DNA of 58,130 nucleotides from positions 3,269-61,398 of the forward strand of contig JAQTNJ010000001.1 in assembly GCA_028713955.1 (NCBI GenBank). The letters run 5' to 3'. Position 1 is the stretch's first letter; each line of letters opens with the position of its first letter. Of the stretch, positions 54,216 to 58,130 are shown piece after piece. This DNA comes from Syntrophorhabdaceae bacterium. Its GTDB lineage: Bacteria; Desulfobacterota; Syntrophorhabdia; Syntrophorhabdales; Syntrophorhabdaceae. The notes beneath the pieces are model-generated. The model was not told where the DNA came from. It was given only the letters and a program-made list of their open reading frames with translations, and ran no database searches. Position numbers and translations under genes: made by a program.

Positions 54216-55812
54216 TTCCGATCATCTCCTCAGCCCTCTCTATTGTTTTTTTCGTGATGCCTTCGCCGCCCATCATCCTCGCGAGTTCTTCCACCCGTTC
54301 CTTTTTCGAAAGCTCCCTGATCCCTGTCCGGGTTGTACCATGTTCGTAGTATTTTTCCACAAGAAAATGATGGTCGGCATACGCGGCTATCTGCGGCAGA
54401 TGGGTGATGCAGATAACCTGCTGCCTCCCGGCGAGGTCCTTCAGCCTTTTCCCTACCATGTCCGCCACCTTCCCTCCGATTCCGGAATCGACCTCATCGA
54501 ATATGAGCGTCTTTTCCTCTTCGCCGCCGACAACCTTCTTGATCGCGAGCATGATCCGCGACAGCTCCCCGCCCGAGGCTATCTTCCTGAGAGGTTTTAA
54601 GGGCTCCCCCGGGTTGGTGCTTATCAATAACTCTATATCATCCTTTCCATCGCTTTCAGTAAAACCCTTATCCGTAATATGGATCTTAAATTGCAATCCC
54701 TTCATGGAAAGAAAACCCAGCTCATCGATGATAGACCTTTCAAGCTTAACAGAACCCTTCTTCCTTTTCACTGAGAGTTTTTCGGCCAGCTCTTCCACCT
54801 CTTTTATCAACACAGCCTTCTGTTTCTGAAGTCCATCGATATCGGAGGAAAGAGAACGCAGGTATTCCAGGCGCTCCTTTGCGGATTCGCTGTATTTCCG
54901 GATCGTATCACATGTCTTCCCGTACTTTTCCTTGAGCCTGTATATATCCGACAACCGGTCTTCCAGTATTTGTAATTCTTCGGGGTCAAAAAGCAACCCC
55001 TTTTCGATATTGCGTATCTCCAGAAGGATATCCTCAACGTCAAAGGATAACATCTCGATCTTTTTTCTCAGTTCTTCCATTGCCTCAAAAGTACTGAATG
55101 ACCTGAGCGTGCCCATATAGCCTTTGAACATGCCCTGTGCCGATGATTCACCCTCATAGAGACCATTTGATATTTCTGCCAGGCAGGCGTGGATCTTCTC
55201 GGCGTTTTTCAAGGTCTTGAGTCTCTCCCTGACAGACTCTTCTTCACCCTCCCGGATGTTGTGCCTTTCTATCTCTTCGATCTGAAATTCCAGCAGCTCA
55301 GTCTCCTTCGTTTTCCCTTCAGCCTCTTTCACTTTTTTTTCCAGCTCAAAATCCGCCTTCCTTAACGCGTCGACCTTTTCTTTGAGCAACAGCTGATCCT
55401 TTTCCAGTAAAAGAAGCCTGTCGACGATGAACGTATAATTTTCTTTATTTAACAGATGCTGGAACTCATTCTGACCGTATATGCTGATACTTTTGCTCCC
55501 GACCTCTTCCAGCCTGCTTGATATTACAGGGTCATCATTGACAAATGCCTTCGACCGACCCGTCTTCCCGATCACCCTTTTGACAAGGTACTCTTCCTCT
55601 CCCCGGAAGAAATGGCCGGTGATCTCTGCCTGCGCTGCATTTGTTCTCACTACGTCACCAGGCATCTTCATGTTCATAAGCGCTGAAAGGGCATTGATGA
55701 TGATCGATTTCCCCGCGCCCGTTTCACCTGTAATTACATTAAACCCTTCCCCGAACTCAACCCGTAATTCGTCTATTATCGCGAAACCTTTCACCCCGAG
55801 AAAGGCAAGCAT
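54208..55812 (-). CDS. recN: DNA repair protein RecN
   Basis: FNVITGETGAGKSIIINAL (Walker A), long coiled-coil middle, ASGGELSRIMLAIK, LIFDEVDSGIGG. Confidence 0.9.
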   Translation of the reverse strand: MLAFLGVKGFAIIDELRVEFGEGFNVITGETGAGKSIIINALSALMNMKMPGDVVRTNAAQAEITGHFFRGEEEYLVKRVIGKTGRSKAFVNDDPVISSRLEEVGSKSISIYGQNEFQHLLNKENYTFIVDRLLLLEKDQLLLKEKVDALRKADFELEKKVKEAEGKTKETELLEFQIEEIERHNIREGEEESVRERLKTLKNAEKIHACLAEISNGLYEGESSAQGMFKGYMGTLRSFSTFEAMEELRKKIEMLSFDVEDILLEIRNIEKGLLFDPEELQILEDRLSDIYRLKEKYGKTCDTIRKYSESAKERLEYLRSLSSDIDGLQKQKAVLIKEVEELAEKLSVKRKKGSVKLERSIIDELGFLSMKGLQFKIHITDKGFTESDGKDDIELLISTNPGEPLKPLRKIASGGELSRIMLAIKKVVGGEEEKTLIFDEVDSGIGGKVADMVGKRLKDLAGRQQVICITHLPQIAAYADHHFLVEKYYEHGTTRTGIRELSKKERVEELARMMGGEGITKKTIERAEEMIGND

Positions 55813-55814
55813 AG

Positions 55815-56666
55815 CTACCTTTCACCCCATTTCAATTTAGTCCTCAGGATCTCGAAATATCCTTTGGAAGATGACTTCACAAGGCTGGCCGTGTAAGGAG
55901 ACCTTTTCACGACCACCTCGTCGCCATATTCCAATGGGAAACCTATCTGGCCGTCGATGGTAAGCAGGACCTTCTCTTCCTTCGATGACAGCACGGCCCT
56001 GGCAGTAACGCCCTCGGGCAGTATGATCGGCCTGTTTGTGAGCATATGAGGACAGATAGGTGTCACCATTATATTGGCCAATGAAGGATATATGAGAGGT
56101 CCTCCCGCTGCCAGTGAATAGCCTGTCGAGCCTGTCGGTGTAGAGAATATCAGGCCGTCTCCCTTGTATGTCGTCAGGTATTCTTCATTAACATAGGTCT
56201 CAATATCGATGATCCTCGCAAGGGCATCTTTGGTAATAACAGCGTCATTCAGAATGGAGAATTCAAAAACATAGTCATTCCCGCGCTTGACGGTAACCAG
56301 CAGCATGACCCGTTTGGAAATATCAAAATCGCCTTTTATTACCTTTTCCAGCATGGAAGGCAATTCCTCGACCGATGTCTCGGTTAAGAAACCCAGGCCG
56401 CCGAGATTAACACCAAGGATCGGCACCTCTTTCCCCCGCAAATGTCTTGAGGCACTTAAAAGCGTGCCATCGCCTCCGAGGACAATGATCAGATCCGTAT
56501 CTTCACCAACGTGTTCCAGCTCGAAGGTTTTGTCATAACGCATAGCCTTCGCGGCTACATCATCAATAAAAAAATCGTACTCATGTCCGAAGGAATCCAC
56601 GATGGTTCTTGCTATTCTTATGGCATCTTCATTGTTCCTCTTGCAGACTATATGGATATTCTTCAT
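55815..56666 (-). CDS. nadK: NAD kinase
   Basis: LIIVLGGDGTLL, NDAVI, TPTGSTGYSLAAGGP. Confidence 0.9.
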   Translation of the reverse strand: MKNIHIVCKRNNEDAIRIARTIVDSFGHEYDFFIDDVAAKAMRYDKTFELEHVGEDTDLIIVLGGDGTLLSASRHLRGKEVPILGVNLGGLGFLTETSVEELPSMLEKVIKGDFDISKRVMLLVTVKRGNDYVFEFSILNDAVITKDALARIIDIETYVNEEYLTTYKGDGLIFSTPTGSTGYSLAAGGPLIYPSLANIMVTPICPHMLTNRPIILPEGVTARAVLSSKEEKVLLTIDGQIGFPLEYGDEVVVKRSPYTASLVKSSSKGYFEILRTKLKWGER

Positions 56667-57712
56667 ATACTGTATTGCTCCTTTACATTGTATCGCTCCT
56701 TTACATAGTCCGATAATTCATTGAGGAGTAAAAAAGATCTTTCAACCGTAGCGGTTTTATCCGCGTTCATAAGGTTGCATGTCGCAGGGGCGAGCATGCT
56801 GTTTTCGATGATGACATCCATATCCAGACCATTTTGCGCGAGGTGATGCCACATGCTCTCAAGGCGCCCGGCAAGGCTTTTGACATCTTCCCCGGAAAAC
56901 TCCTCATAACGGGTCGGTACGATGCCCCAGCTTATTATCTTTCCCTTCTCCAGAAACGTTTTCACTTTATCGTATGTGACAAAGAGGTCACCGAAGGCGT
57001 AGGCGTTAAATGAAAGGATCTCTATATCGAGCGACAGGAGGAAGTCCCAATCGGGTCTGCCGCAGAGATGAAGCCCGCGGGGTCCCTCGATACCGCTGAA
57101 GAAATCCATGAGCTCATTCTTTGCCTTAACGTGATCGTAGCCGCACATCGCGTTAAAAACAGATTCCAGCCCGGGGTCGTCAACCCAGACAAATGCCCTT
57201 CGGTTTTTAAGACAAAGCTCTCTGTATTGCACATTCACCTTTTTCTGAATAAAAGAAAATATGAGAGCACGTATATCATCATTATAAACTATAGGTTTAC
57301 CATTCTCATCTGTTATTTTCAGGGAAAGGCTTACCGGGCTTATAACCTGCCCCCTCACAGACCTGTATGAAGAGAGGTCCTGTTTTAGGAAATGCCTGTA
57401 AACACTGGAAAATTTGCTGGAAAACCTGTAAAGCTCAGGGTCATCTTCTTTTTCCAGATATTGAGGCAGATCATAGAGAAATTTTTCGCTGTCTATAAAT
57501 ATCCTCGCATGTTCCTCATCAATAACAACGCCAGGGAACATCTCCATGGCCTGAACATACATATCCTCATAGAAAGACAGCCTGGGTAATTGCGGCCAGA
57601 ACGGGATATCCATTTGAAGCGCGAGCTCTAATGCTTCCTGAACATTTTCATGAGGCATAATCCCCATAGCCGTCGTGGATAAACCACCGCTGAACTGCAG
57701 CCTGCCATGCAT
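56663..57712 (-). CDS. hypothetical protein, possibly a MetE/UROD-superfamily TIM barrel
   Basis: Only the overall look (IPFWPQLP..., HLCG...). Weak call. Confidence 0.3.
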   Translation of the reverse strand: MHGRLQFSGGLSTTAMGIMPHENVQEALELALQMDIPFWPQLPRLSFYEDMYVQAMEMFPGVVIDEEHARIFIDSEKFLYDLPQYLEKEDDPELYRFSSKFSSVYRHFLKQDLSSYRSVRGQVISPVSLSLKITDENGKPIVYNDDIRALIFSFIQKKVNVQYRELCLKNRRAFVWVDDPGLESVFNAMCGYDHVKAKNELMDFFSGIEGPRGLHLCGRPDWDFLLSLDIEILSFNAYAFGDLFVTYDKVKTFLEKGKIISWGIVPTRYEEFSGEDVKSLAGRLESMWHHLAQNGLDMDVIIENSMLAPATCNLMNADKTATVERSFLLLNELSDYVKERYNVKEQYSI

Positions 57713-57763
57713 AGTAAATCCTTAACAGAAGCAATATAAATTGTCAATCATGGCTCATAGCCT

Positions 57764-57784
57764 ATAAGGTAAAAGGTGAAAGGT
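57764..57784. repeat. three phased heptamers ATAAGGT AAAAGGT GAAAGGT
   Basis: Read directly in the divergent spacer. Confidence 0.5.
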
Positions 57785-57846
57785 TTAAAACATTCGGGGC
57801 AAAAATAGTTTGACTCTCCCTCCTGTTTATAGTATTGAAATAGGCC

Positions 57847-58130
57847 ATGAAGTTACCGGGAAGAATGAAGAGTGTTATAGTTGCGTCAGTTTTTATTATT
57901 CTCTTTCTCGTGTTCGCCCTGCCTGTTACGCGGGCCGCTGAAGAGGATGACGGCCGGAAAGAGCTGATCATAACAAAAACATTCGAGTATCTGAAAGATA
58001 AAAAGGTAAAAGAGAGCGAAGAGAAACTCAGAACCATTGCCGGCAGCGTCTACGAAGAGTCGCAAAGATATGATATCGACTACAGGCTTATACTGGCCGT
58101 CATGAAGGTTGAGAGCAACTTCAGGCACGA
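57847..58130 (+). CDS. secreted lytic transglycosylase (SLT domain); the 3' end runs off the right edge
   Basis: Not in the track because it has no stop. The ATG at 57847 gives MKLPGRMKSVIVASVFIILFLVFALPVTRA (signal peptide) ...YDIDYRLILAVMKVESNFRH, which is the SLT catalytic Glu-Ser motif. Confidence 0.7.
   Translation, partial: MKLPGRMKSVIVASVFIILFLVFALPVTRAAEEDDGRKELIITKTFEYLKDKKVKESEEKLRTIAGSVYEESQRYDIDYRLILAVMKVESNFRH

Noticed and set aside
57800-57846. TTGACT...TATAGT upstream of the transglycosylase gene as a sigma70 promoter.
   Set aside because: The spacer between the hexamers is only 12-14 nt, so I do not report it as a feature.
57762-58037. 91-aa and 80-aa minus-strand ORFs at the right edge.
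   Set aside because: They are antisense to the + strand gene, which has a clear signal peptide and the SLT VESNF motif. The translations are serine/phenylalanine-rich and motif-free.
1-58130. Mobile-element hallmarks (transposase, integrase, tRNA attachment site, long terminal repeats) at the island borders.
   Set aside because: None was found on either strand. The only border-associated repeat is family-A copy 1, which encodes nothing.

Overview
This window is almost entirely minus-strand. It holds a roughly 51-kb surface-glycan biosynthesis island (895-52457) between housekeeping genes: engB on the left, and pmbA/tldD-like, a GNAT, recN, nadK and a MetE/UROD-like gene on the right. A partial lytic transglycosylase on the + strand sits at the right edge. 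I found no rRNA, tRNA, CRISPR array, transposase or integrase.

The island contains several modules:
- A pgl-like module: a PglF/CapD dehydratase, a GT-C membrane protein, a PglC-type phosphoglycosyltransferase, GT4, GT2 and a DegT aminotransferase.
- An unusual cassette: a KdsB-like cytidylyltransferase, an HpcH/HpaI aldolase, a HAD phosphatase, an Fe-S protein and an HMGL-aldolase::DUF115 fusion.
- An MsbA/PglK-like ABC exporter.
- A pseudaminic-acid cassette (pseB, pseG, pseH, pseI and a cytidylyltransferase) interrupted by a B12-radical-SAM gene.
- A tailoring block: a KamA-like aminomutase, a PaaK/CapK-like adenylating ligase, an LpxD-like acyltransferase and a GNAT-like protein.
- A legionaminic/neuraminic-type cassette: neuA, a CBS-nucleotidyltransferase, neuC, neuB, neuD, DegT and a dehydratase, plus a second B12-radical-SAM gene, a methyltransferase and four redox/aminotransferase genes.

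The leg-type cassette and everything downstream of it are headed by a MarR-type EPS regulator.

Two non-coding patterns are not explained by the genes:
- Three copies of a roughly 150-nt element. Its core of about 120 nt is nearly identical between copies. It is clamped by 16-17-bp arms that differ from copy to copy but are complementary within each copy.
- 7-nt-phased degenerate tandem arrays in nearly every intergenic spacer longer than about 60 nt. One perfect 3-unit run also lies inside wecB.

All functional calls come from motifs read by eye in the translations. No database search was possible.
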